Shown one piece after another: positions 9,127-17,932 of a stretch of 64,000 bases of DNA. The stretch is from positions 489 to 64,488 of the forward strand of contig JACOSB010000120.1 of NCBI GenBank assembly GCA_016179105.1, in the 5' to 3' direction. How positions within the stretch are numbered: the first letter of the stretch is position 1; each line of letters starts with the position of its first letter. Made by a program: the position numbers and the translations under genes. This stretch comes from Candidatus Acetothermia bacterium (GTDB taxonomy: Bacteria; Bipolaricaulota; Bipolaricaulia; RBG-16-55-9; DRXL01). The notes under the pieces are model-generated. The model had not been told where the DNA came from, made no database searches, and saw only the letters and a program-made list of their open reading frames with translations.

Positions 9127-12100
9127 CTATAACTTCTGTTCAAGTGCGTACTCGATCGCTTGCTCCAGCGTCATCGCGCGGCCTTCGGCCCAAGCCGCAT
9201 CCGATGCTTTTTCACTTAGCCGAGAACGAGCTGCTGATACACGGTGCTCGTAGCCCGCGCGCTCTGCCGGGGTCAAGGGTGCACGAACCGCTTCTCGCAA
9301 CGCTTCAGCCTCTCCGAATAACGTGAGCGCGCGCTCTGGCTGTCCTCGAGCGCTGGCGACAGCAGCCAATCCCTCTAACGAATAGATAAGACCCTGCTTA
9401 CTTCCTACTTCTCGGAATAAAGCCAAACTTTGCTCATGGAATGATCGCGCGGCTGTATAATCCCCTTGAGCACACGCCACGAGCCCCAAATTGTCTATGA
9501 CTAACGCTATGCCGGACTTGTTTCCTACTTCACGGTGCAGGGCCAGACTTTCCTGCAGCCGAGCGCGCGCTGTCTCGTAGTCACCCTGGTATAAAGCTGT
9601 ACTCCCTAGGTTATTCAACATGACGGCAATCCCTCGATTGTCTCGCAACTCGTGCTTGATGGCGAGACTCTCTTCGTACAGAGAACGCGCGGTGGCATAG
9701 TCTCCTTGAGCATCGGCCACTTGCCCCAAGTTACTGAGCAGATTCGCAATCCTCTCCTTGTCTCCTAATTGGCGGAAGAGCTGCAAGCTATGCTCCAGGA
9801 GCTCTCGCGCTTTCGCATAATCTCCTTGGTAATGGGCAATCATTCCCAAACTGCTCAGCGTAAGCGTCATCGTATGTTGATCTCCTAGCTCTTGTTCGAT
9901 CGCCAAGCTTTCTTCAAAGAGAGGGCGTGCCGCTTCATAATCTCCCTGACTGTATACGATCAAGCCCAAGTTATGGAGAGCCGCCGCGAGGGTTTTGGGG
10001 TTGCCCAGCTCACGGACAAGAGTGAGGTTTTCTTGAAGCAGGGAGCGCGCCCTGACATAATCACCCTGCAATGAGGCCATAATGCCCACACAGGTAAGCG
10101 CTTTGGATTTTACGTCAGCCGGAACCGTAGTACTGGAGGCTGCCAGCATCGCTTCGGCCCATTGGCGTCCTTCGCTCAGCGGGCCATGCAGATGCCAAAA
10201 TCGCCAGACCGCTGCCATCATTCGTACCCCTTGTTCGACCAACCCTCCTTCAAGGGACCACGCCAGCGCTGCTCTCAGGTTGTTGCGCTCTTGCTCGAGT
10301 TTTTCGAGCCAGCGCTTCTGATTCGATCCCTTCAGCTCTGGCTCGGCCCGCTCAGCTAATTTCATAAACCATTCCAAGTGCTGAGAGCGAATTGCTTCTA
10401 GCTCTTGTGCGCCACGCAGTTTCTCTTGAGCATACTCTCGCACGGTCTCCAATAGCCGATAGCGCATCTCGGGGGCGCGTCGCTCAACGATCACCAAAGA
10501 TTTCTGGACCAAGCGACTGAGGAGGTCCAGGACTTTATGTTGCTCAACGTCCGATTCACCGTTGTAGGGGCGAGATAACCTCGCCCCTACACCCTGGGCA
10601 CACACGCCCTCCACTGCCTCCAACGTAAATCCTCCGGCAAAGACCGAAAGCCGACGTAGCAACGCCTTTTCATTCTCTGAGAGCAATTCCCAACTCCAGT
10701 CCATGGTGGCCCGCAGCGTCTGGTGCTGAGGCAGAGCCGCACGGCGATGACTCGCGAGCAACCCAAACCGATCTGCCAGCCGATCGGCGATCTGCGGGAT
10801 CGATAAGACATTGAGTCGTGCAGCCGCGAGTTCAATCGCCAAGGGCAACCCCTCGAGTTGCTGACAAATGCGAGCCACGTCCCGCGCGTTCTCCGGCGTG
10901 AGAGCAAATCCCGGCTGGCTCACCAGTGCTCGGGTGATAAAAAGACTCACCGCTTCATACTGCGCCAAGATCTTCGGAGCCGGCAGAGGCTCTCGATCGG
11001 GCATAGAGAGCGGCGGCACGGACCAGACCGTCTCTCCGTCTAGTCCCAAGGCCGCGCGGCTCGTAGCTAGAATCTGCAAGTTCGCGCAATTTTCTAAGAG
11101 TATTTTAATTAACTCCGCACACGCGTCTATCAGATGTTCACAATTATCTAAGACAAGGAGCGTCTGCTTGAGTCGCAGATGATCCGAGAGAATCCCTAAA
11201 GTAGGACGATCTGGATGCTCGCGCAGGCCGAGTGCCGAAGCGACGGTCTTCGCGACCAATGTCGGGTCGAACAAAACGCCCAGTTCGACCCACCAGATTC
11301 CGTCAGGAAAATCGGGAAGCACGTCGGTGGCCACTTGGAGAGCGAGTCGGGTTTTGCCGCTGCCCCCCATACCAGTCAGCATCAACAGTCGTGTCTGTAG
11401 GGGCGACCGGCCGGTCGCCCCATCCGTGAGCAAGCGTTTGACCTCAATGATCTCCCTCTCTCGCCCAACGAAACTGGTGAGCGCTGACGGGAGATTGTTG
11501 GGATAAACATATGGAAATGCGGCGACTTCGCCGTTAGAAATTTGCTCTTGCACGGCACGCAACTCGTGAGATGGCTCGGCTTGCAAATGCGTCTTCAGTG
11601 CCTCGACACACTGCTGGTACGTTTGCGAGGCAAGCGCCTGCGCTCCAGCGTGATAATGAAAGAGCATTTTTTGCCGAACGATACCTTCGTTCCAAGGCTG
11701 GAGCGCGAGCGCCCGCTCGCAGCACGCGATCGCACGATCGAGCTGGCGCAGGCGTGCATGAACGTCGGCAAGCCGAGCGAGTGCTTTTAGAAAAAGCTCA
11801 CGCCAACGTTCACGGGGAGCGAGCGTCCACTCTTCATAAAGGTCTTCAGTGAGAAAATCGCCCTGATAAAGTGCGACGGCTCGTTGATAGTTTTCTAGAG
11901 CTTGGAGCCAGCGCCCGGCTTGTTCGGCCTCGTGAGCATCCTGAAAAAATTTCTGAAATGCTTCGGTATCGAGCCAGCACGGAACGTCTTTACTAAAGCA
12001 ATAGCCTTGCAATTTGACGTGTAGGATGAATCGAGAATCTGTGCCCTTTTTGAGCTCCGGCTCCAGAAGGCGGCGCAGCTCGCTGATCCGTCCATGCAAG

Positions 12101-12306
12101 CTGAGCACGGCCTTTCCTAAATCCATCTCTGAAAAGAGCGCTTCGATCAACTGATCTTGCGTGAAGAAGCGACCGCGCTCCGTGAGCAATAGTTTTAGGA
12201 GTTGCTGGGTCTTGCGTTGAGGCCAAGCTTGCAGGGGCGACAGCGTTTTCCCGAGCTGCACTGTGAAGTGCCCGAGCATCGTGATTCGGAGCAAAAGCTC
12301 GTTCAT
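9127..12306 (-). CDS. SARP/AfsR-type regulator 1: wHTH + BTAD + NB-ARC-like STAND NTPase + TPR array
   Basis: ITMLG.F.V; LYQGDFL.EDLYEEW (BTAD); NNLPSALTSFVGRE; GMGGSGKT (Walker A); LLVLDNCEH (Walker B); GLPLAIELAA; tandem 40-aa TPR repeats. Confidence 0.93.
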   Translation of the reverse strand: MNELLLRITMLGHFTVQLGKTLSPLQAWPQRKTQQLLKLLLTERGRFFTQDQLIEALFSEMDLGKAVLSLHGRISELRRLLEPELKKGTDSRFILHVKLQGYCFSKDVPCWLDTEAFQKFFQDAHEAEQAGRWLQALENYQRAVALYQGDFLTEDLYEEWTLAPRERWRELFLKALARLADVHARLRQLDRAIACCERALALQPWNEGIVRQKMLFHYHAGAQALASQTYQQCVEALKTHLQAEPSHELRAVQEQISNGEVAAFPYVYPNNLPSALTSFVGREREIIEVKRLLTDGATGRSPLQTRLLMLTGMGGSGKTRLALQVATDVLPDFPDGIWWVELGVLFDPTLVAKTVASALGLREHPDRPTLGILSDHLRLKQTLLVLDNCEHLIDACAELIKILLENCANLQILATSRAALGLDGETVWSVPPLSMPDREPLPAPKILAQYEAVSLFITRALVSQPGFALTPENARDVARICQQLEGLPLAIELAAARLNVLSIPQIADRLADRFGLLASHRRAALPQHQTLRATMDWSWELLSENEKALLRRLSVFAGGFTLEAVEGVCAQGVGARLSRPYNGESDVEQHKVLDLLSRLVQKSLVIVERRAPEMRYRLLETVREYAQEKLRGAQELEAIRSQHLEWFMKLAERAEPELKGSNQKRWLEKLEQERNNLRAALAWSLEGGLVEQGVRMMAAVWRFWHLHGPLSEGRQWAEAMLAASSTTVPADVKSKALTCVGIMASLQGDYVRARSLLQENLTLVRELGNPKTLAAALHNLGLIVYSQGDYEAARPLFEESLAIEQELGDQHTMTLTLSSLGMIAHYQGDYAKARELLEHSLQLFRQLGDKERIANLLSNLGQVADAQGDYATARSLYEESLAIKHELRDNRGIAVMLNNLGSTALYQGDYETARARLQESLALHREVGNKSGIALVIDNLGLVACAQGDYTAARSFHEQSLALFREVGSKQGLIYSLEGLAAVASARGQPERALTLFGEAEALREAVRAPLTPAERAGYEHRVSAARSRLSEKASDAAWAEGRAMTLEQAIEYALEQKL
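10563..10591. repeat. REP-like palindrome in-frame inside regulator 1
   Basis: TGTAGGGGCGAG-ATAAC-CTCGCCCCTACA; read as GVGARLSRPYN. Confidence 0.85.
11397..11421. repeat. REP-like palindrome in-frame inside regulator 1, just before Walker A
   Basis: GTAGGGGCGACCGGCCGGTCGCCCC; corresponds to a 9-aa insertion (in DGATGRSPLQ) absent from the paralogue. Confidence 0.85.
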
Positions 12307-12380
12307 GTTCAATCCTATCGCTGCCCACTGATCTCGATCTTATCTAACAATCAAGGCGTTGCCAAATGGTTGAGTCAGTC

Positions 12381-12483
12381 CTCCCCTGTCCATCCAACGG
12401 GGAAGGCCGGCGCGAAGCGCAGGTGGGGCTTGGCCCCCATCCCTGGCCCTTCCCCCCGTAGTGACCCACAGAGGGGAAGGGAA
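12381..12483. repeat. GC-rich composite hairpin element (second REP-like class)
   Basis: CCCTTCCCC (12447-12455) / GGGGAAGGG (12473-12481) stem, plus an upstream TCCCC...GGGGA stem. Confidence 0.4.
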
Positions 12484-12513
12484 ACGATCTCCCAGTAGTC
12501 GTTTTTTTATCTT

Positions 12514-12545
12514 AGAAGGTCACCAGAAGGTCGCTCGATTACAGT
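12514..12545 (+). promoter_or_regulatory. Putative SARP-activated promoter 1 (direct repeats + -10)
   Basis: AGAAGGT(C) at 12514 and 12525 (11-bp period); 8 nt gap; TACAGT at 12540-12545; ATG at 12552. Confidence 0.7.
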
Positions 12546-12551
12546 TAGGCC

Positions 12552-12779
12552 ATGTCTGAGCAAACGATCACCCAGACAAAGGAGTGGAAGCCGATGAGCT
12601 TTATCGTGCGATTTCACCCGGCTCTGCCGGACGGTCAAGAGGACTGGCGCGGCCAGGTCGAGCATGTGCAGACGGGCGAGAAGCGTCCCTTTCGCGGAGC
12701 GCAGCAGCTTATGCAAATCATGGAAAGTTTCTTTGAGCTTGAAGCGAAAGAACTGAATACCGAGGAGGTAAGGCCATGA
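12552..12779 (+). CDS. Small conserved-looking hypothetical protein (SFIVRF...WRGQVEHVQTGE...F type)
   Basis: Motif pattern recalled from small proteins next to BTAD regulators; stop overlaps the next start (ATGA). Alternative start at 12594 after GGAG. Confidence 0.7.
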   Translation: MSEQTITQTKEWKPMSFIVRFHPALPDGQEDWRGQVEHVQTGEKRPFRGAQQLMQIMESFFELEAKELNTEEVRP

Positions 12780-14326
12780 ACATTCGGAACTTAAAGGAGC
12801 CGGTGATGAAGAATTTCAGAGTGCGGCAGATGTGGGTGGCGGTGTTGACAACCATCTTGATCGTGGCGGGATCAATCGGACTGGCCGAAGCCAAGGCGCT
12901 GTTCGTCGCGAACAACGGACTGGATATCGCTACGTGTGGAGCCATCGCGAGTCCCTGTCGCACGATTAGCAAGGCAATTGAGAACGCTGACCCTGGAGAT
13001 AAGATCATCGTCGGTCCGGGGCGTTATGGGGATCTCGACGGAGATGGAACATTCAATCCGATCCTGGGAGAAGAAAAGGCAGAAGTAGGCACGGGTTGCT
13101 TCTGCATGATCAAACTGGACAAGCCCTTGGACATCGAATCACGGGATGGGGCTGCTGCCACCGTGCTGGATGGCGGCAAAGAACTCAGCGCCGTGGTGGG
13201 CATCTTCGCCAGCAATGTCGTCTTTGGCAGGAAAAAGAAGGGCTTCACTCTCACCCACGGAAACCTCGGCATGTACATCAATTTTGGAACGAGTGGGGTA
13301 AGAGTGGAAGGCAACCTCGTCAGCGCCAATAGCACCCTTGGTTTCAGGATCCATGGCAACGGACATGTGCTTAGCAGCAATCTCGTCATCGCCGACGGCT
13401 TGACGGGTTTCGAACTTAACGACAGCGGACTTGTGCTAAACGGTAACCAAGCTATCGCCAATATGCTTGGTTTCGTCCTTAACGGGAGCGGACATCAATT
13501 GTCGGGCAACATAGCTAGCGCTAATAGCGACAAGGGTTTCGCGATAGGAGGCAATGGGGGGCATCACTTCAGCAGCAATGTCGCCAGTGCTAATGGGACT
13601 GGCTTCGATGTCGCTTTCGGCAATAGTAATGTGTTCACCGGCAACATTGTCCATGGGAATCGCTCCCATGGCTTTTTGATCGAGAGTGGCGCTGGACATA
13701 TGCTCACGGGCAACTCTATTCTGGGCAACGGAGGGTTCGGCATCGATCTAAGTTCTGGCGCCGGTGCCACCATCACCAAGAATAACATCTATGGCAATGG
13801 CGAGGGGCTGCGAGATGACTCGGGGGCAGAAACCAATGCAACCAACAACTTCTGGGGCGCCGCCACTGGGCCTGGGGACAATCCGGCAGACGGGCTCTTG
13901 ATCGGCCCGACCAGCAACACGATCTTCACCCCTTTTGCGACCAAGGAGTTCAAGATCAAGACGGTCACGCCTCTAGCAGAGCCGGGACTCATCATCCTGA
14001 CTGATCCTGAGCAGAGCGAGATTCCGCAAGCCCCTAGTCTGACACCCATTCAGTTCTTGAAAGCGCTGCAAACCAAAGAGGGGTGGCTCTTCCGCACGAC
14101 TGGGAATGTGAGCGCACTGCGGCTGGAGGTCATGGACTTATCCGGCAAGAAAATCTATGACAGTGGGCTCGTGAAGGGACAAACGCTCAGTTGGACTCGT
14201 GTCAACGCAAAAGACCAATCCGTCGCTAAGGGGGTGTATCTCTACCGGCTCACAGCACGCGATCGAGATGGCAATGAAATTCACAGTGAGCTACGCAAGC
14301 TCATCATCGAAAATTTCTTTGAGTAG
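12776..14326 (+). CDS. Secreted right-handed beta-helix (PbH1/NosD-like) protein with C-terminal GVYLY (FlgD/T9SS-CTD-like) domain
   Basis: Signal peptide ending AEA-KA; PCRTISKAI..A..GD.I.V.PG.Y; ~22-aa GN.A.AN..GF repeats; NNFWG; C-terminal LEVMDLSGKKIYDSG...W...GVYLYRL...RKLII. Confidence 0.85.
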   Translation: MNIRNLKEPVMKNFRVRQMWVAVLTTILIVAGSIGLAEAKALFVANNGLDIATCGAIASPCRTISKAIENADPGDKIIVGPGRYGDLDGDGTFNPILGEEKAEVGTGCFCMIKLDKPLDIESRDGAAATVLDGGKELSAVVGIFASNVVFGRKKKGFTLTHGNLGMYINFGTSGVRVEGNLVSANSTLGFRIHGNGHVLSSNLVIADGLTGFELNDSGLVLNGNQAIANMLGFVLNGSGHQLSGNIASANSDKGFAIGGNGGHHFSSNVASANGTGFDVAFGNSNVFTGNIVHGNRSHGFLIESGAGHMLTGNSILGNGGFGIDLSSGAGATITKNNIYGNGEGLRDDSGAETNATNNFWGAATGPGDNPADGLLIGPTSNTIFTPFATKEFKIKTVTPLAEPGLIILTDPEQSEIPQAPSLTPIQFLKALQTKEGWLFRTTGNVSALRLEVMDLSGKKIYDSGLVKGQTLSWTRVNAKDQSVAKGVYLYRLTARDRDGNEIHSELRKLIIENFFE

Positions 14327-14344
14327 GCGTATTCACTAAAACTC

Positions 14345-14364
14345 CCCGCTTTACTGAAAGCGGG
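14345..14364 (+). terminator. Intergenic hairpin (weak terminator or mRNA stabiliser)
   Basis: CCCGCTTT-ACTG-AAAGCGGG; no U-tract. Confidence 0.35.
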
Positions 14365-14383
14365 CAATTCCTAAGGAGGAATC

Positions 14384-15163
14384 ATGAATCGTTTCTTAAC
14401 GTTAACGGCTGTGGCGTTCGTTGGCGTGGTGATTTGCGTTGGATCGGCTCAGGCTCAGAACACCATTGTGAAAGTCAATTTTCAATACGCGGTCAAGTTT
14501 GTCTGTGGCCAGAGTGCAGAAGACCATTTACAGGCAGTCAAGGGGATTTACACGACAGCGGTGAACGTGCACAATCCGGGTGTGTTTAACGCGGTCTTCG
14601 CTGAGAAAATAGCCATCGCGCGCCCTCAAGAAATAGCTGGACCCATTTCGAAATTCCGATTATCTCAATTGCCATCGGATGCCGCCTTCGAACTAACTTG
14701 CGAGGAGTTTTCCTCAGATACACAGACCAAATTTGTCACCGGTTTTCTGGTGATCGAAAGCCCTGTGGAACTGGATATCACAGCGGTTTACACCGCCCGA
14801 CCGAGTGATGGCGAGGTCAGCACGATCGACGTAGAAACCATCGCATCTCGTAAGGTGCGCCTCACACTATCGGTCGAGCCAGGGCCACAAGCGGACATCT
14901 CTCTGGTTAACAGCCACGGGCAGTTACACTTTAATGTGATGGGTTTGGAGTGGCAAGTTCAGTCCACAGCGTTGTCTGTCTTTGATTTACAAGGAAAGAT
15001 CGTCTACACGTCGGGCAACATCCAAGGCGCTGCACTAAACTGGAATTTCACTGCGACGAATGGACGAGCGGTGGCCAACGGTGTCTACCTGGCAGTGATT
15101 ACCGCCAGAGGCAAACTAGGTCAGCTGATCACTTCGACGCGAAAAATTGCAGTTTCTCGTTAA
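14384..15163 (+). CDS. Secreted protein with 'YAVKFVCG' domain and C-terminal GVYLY-type domain
   Basis: RBS AAGGAGG; signal peptide ending AQA; FQYAVKFVCG...TAVNVHNP...GFLVIES..ELDITAVYT; C-terminal VFDLQGKIVY...W...ANGVYL...RKIAV. Confidence 0.8.
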   Translation: MNRFLTLTAVAFVGVVICVGSAQAQNTIVKVNFQYAVKFVCGQSAEDHLQAVKGIYTTAVNVHNPGVFNAVFAEKIAIARPQEIAGPISKFRLSQLPSDAAFELTCEEFSSDTQTKFVTGFLVIESPVELDITAVYTARPSDGEVSTIDVETIASRKVRLTLSVEPGPQADISLVNSHGQLHFNVMGLEWQVQSTALSVFDLQGKIVYTSGNIQGAALNWNFTATNGRAVANGVYLAVITARGKLGQLITSTRKIAVSR

Positions 15164-15221
15164 GCACACGGGTGAGCGTTGTGTCGAAAATAATACTTTA
15201 CTAGACGATAAGGAGGTCGCC

Positions 15222-17038
15222 ATGACGCATGTACGCGGAGTTGGTATCTGGCTGGCTGGGTTCGTCCTGGCACTCAGCAGTATGGCCACAACAAGTTGGG
15301 CGGCAGGCCAAGGACCATCCTTCAGCGTCCTTGTCGAGGAGCAAGCTTCAGGGTATCGCTTCTCGGTTCAAGCAGAGGACGTCACTTCAGTTCGGGTCGC
15401 CATCTTGCGCCTGGATGGTCGACGGGTCTTCCAGAGCGATTGGATCGTGGGTCCTACAGTCACCTGGCCGCTCGCAACATCATCCAATCAGACTCCCGCC
15501 CGCGGAGTCTATCTGTACGCGGTGAGCGCTCGCGATCAACACGACCGTGAGCAACGCAAACTGGGCAAGTTGGTCGTTTCCTTCGGAGCGGAGTCCTCAC
15601 TGAGCCTGCCTAGCTTGGACCAGTTAGCAGGGAGTCAGCCTTCGGCCCTTCCCAGCGGAGTGAAGTGGAAAGAGCTTTTAGGCAAAGACAGTTTGGACAA
15701 TTTCCGCATCCAGCGCCAGCCTGGCAAAGGGCAAGCTTTCCAAAACTTGCTCACGCTGGACAATGCCGGGAATTTGAGCGTGGCGCAACTCTGCTTGAGT
15801 GAAGTCTGCCTCGCGAGCTGGCCTAGTGGGGGAGGAGGCACTTTCACGTTAGCAGATGGGTCCGTCACGTTAGCCAAGCTGGCGAACCAGGACTGCGGGG
15901 CGGGCAACGCGATCCGGGGCTGGACCGGTGGAGTGTGCTGAACTGTGCCAGTCTTGGGGGCGGAGGGACACCCAGTGGCTGGGTCGATGACGGTACAGTC
16001 GTACGGTTGGCAGACGCAACAGACAAGGTCGGCATCGGGACGACGGGACCACAAAACTTACTAACTATCGGTCCAAATCCATCTGCTGCCTCCAATGCGA
16101 ATGAATTATTACAGTTGGCAAAGAACGAAGACGCATATATGACGATACGAGATGGAACTGCTACTGCTCTTTTGGGCACTACTAGCGGTCTTCCCTTCGT
16201 TGGTAGCCAATCGAATCATGACTTTACCATTCGCACGAACAATGCAGAGAAGGTCAGGATTACAACAAGCGGCAACGTCGGCATCGGGACTATTAGCCCC
16301 AATACGCGGTTGGAAGTGCAAGGCCCGGATACAAATCTTGACACGAAAGCCTTCAAGGTTAGCAACTCAATTGGCTTTGCCGGGTTGATCGTTTGGGACG
16401 ACGGAACTGTGCAAATCGGGACCCTTGTCGACAACCCGAAGACACAACATGCTTGCCTGACCCTCGGACTTTATTTCGCCACGTGCAGTTCCGCCGCCGA
16501 GTATGTTCCCACTGTTGATGAAGGACAGGGTTATCCCATCGCGGGTGATTTAGTCAGTATCGCGCCCACCCTCAAGAATCCGTATAGCGATGATCACGGT
16601 CCCTTCGTGGTCGCCAAGACGAACAAGCCCTGCGACGAGAATCTAATCGGATTTATTCTCGACCCCAAGTTGGGTGCTGACGGCAAGAAACTCAACGAGC
16701 ACTATATGCCGCTCGGCATCTACGGCTACTTCCCTGCGAAAGTCACGATGGAGAATGGGCCTATTAAGCGCGGCGATCCGATCACGTCCAGTTCCAAACC
16801 CGGCTACGGGATGAAAGCGACGCAAGCCTGCAAGATCATCGGCTATGCGCTCGAAGACGCGGACAAAGAAGGTACGATTCAAGTCTTCGCGCATCTGAGC
16901 GAGAATGCCGCACCGGAAGTGACGGCGCTGCGTGCGAAAGTGAGCGAATTAGAGCAAGCAAGAGCTCAGGAGAACGAGGAGTTCCGCAAGAGAATCGAGA
17001 CGCTAGAGAAGATCGTAGCAAGGCTCACGGCTAAGTGA
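15222..17038 (+). pseudogene. Secreted fibre protein A1, split by a 2-nt (TG) frameshift at ~15936
   Basis: RBS AGGAGG + ATG 15222. The N-half is nearly identical to 17933..19756. Here the DNA reads GGA GTG TG CTG AAC versus GGC GTG TTG AAC in the paralogue. The second frame (15935..17038) carries GNVGIGT repeats and the type-X C-terminal domain. Confidence 0.85.
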
Positions 17039-17065
17039 TGTGAATGGCTTCGGGGCTTGGTGGGA

Positions 17066-17518
17066 TCATTGCGACTCGGCAAGCCCCCACATGCCCAGCC
17101 ACTGTATCCGTTTGGCTAGCGGCGCGTGACTCAAAGCTTTCACCAGCCGTTGGTCCGCCGTGATGAAGACCGCATCGCGCTGCTCAGCCAATGCCACATA
17201 CAAAGCATCGTAGACGCTGCGCTGGTAAACCCGAGCAATCTCCCAGGCGCTCTCCACAAGGGAAAGCGACGCATACAGCTGAATCGGAAAGGAAGTACGA
17301 ATATGACCAAGAACCTGCTGCACCTCCGACGGTGCAAGCTCCCCGAGCCTGTGCTTCTTCCAAAGGATATTGCCCAACTCGGCCACAATCAGATCTGGCG
17401 CGAGCAGACGGCTGTCCTCCTCGGCAGCGGCTTCCAAAAATTGTTCGGCTTGGCCGGAGAGAACTTCCGGCAGATACCATTTGATCGCCACGCTGGCATC
17501 CACGACGAAGCGCTTCAT
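17066..17518 (-). CDS. vapC: PIN-domain toxin (VapC/FitB-like)
   Basis: FVVDASVAIKW, E.GN.LWKK, YDALYVALA, ITAD. Confidence 0.92.
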   Translation of the reverse strand: MKRFVVDASVAIKWYLPEVLSGQAEQFLEAAAEEDSRLLAPDLIVAELGNILWKKHRLGELAPSEVQQVLGHIRTSFPIQLYASLSLVESAWEIARVYQRSVYDALYVALAEQRDAVFITADQRLVKALSHAPLAKRIQWLGMWGLAESQ

Positions 17519-17751
17519 CGGCGGCGGTCCTCGCGCAGCAAGTGGACGCTGTCGCTGAAGGTGCGGCCGGAGCGGGTGAGCTTGCGGCGGAGTCGGCGGG
17601 TGCCGGCGAGCGCCTCGTGGGCCGAATGTTTTACGGAATCTTCCAAGATCGCTCTCAACTCTTGTTGGAGCGAGCGATGCTGTCGGATGGCACGTTCTTT
17701 GAGAGTCTTCAGCACCTTGTCGGGTACATCACGTATTAAGATATTGGGCAC
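17515..17751 (-). CDS. FitA-like ribbon-helix-helix antitoxin
   Basis: GTG start after AAAGGA; PNILIRDVPD...LKERA..H.RSLQQELRAIL...DS..LLREDR; overlaps the toxin start. Confidence 0.88.
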   Translation of the reverse strand: MPNILIRDVPDKVLKTLKERAIRQHRSLQQELRAILEDSVKHSAHEALAGTRRLRRKLTRSGRTFSDSVHLLREDRRR

Positions 17752-17769
17752 AGTAGGATTCCTTTCTGA

Positions 17770-17788
17770 TGCTATCACAATGATAGCA
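17770..17788. promoter_or_regulatory. TA operator palindrome
   Basis: TGCTATCA-CAA-TGATAGCA; same half-site as the Neisseria FitAB operator. Confidence 0.75.
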
Positions 17789-17804
17789 AAGGCTTCTATG
17801 GGGA

Positions 17805-17908
17805 GCAAAGAACCAATCCATCGCCAGCGGAGTTTATCTGTATCGACTCACCCCGCGCGATCGAGACGGCAATGAAACTCAGAGCGAGCTACGCAAGCTC
17901 ATCATCTT
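17805..17908 (+). pseudogene. 3' remnant of a secreted-protein gene (GVYLY domain only)
   Basis: Translates AKNQSIASGVYLYRLTPRDRDGNETQSELRKLII, nearly identical to the end of 12776..14326 (14207-14308). Confidence 0.8.
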
Positions 17909-17932
17909 AAAGTAAACCAAAGGAGGTACACC

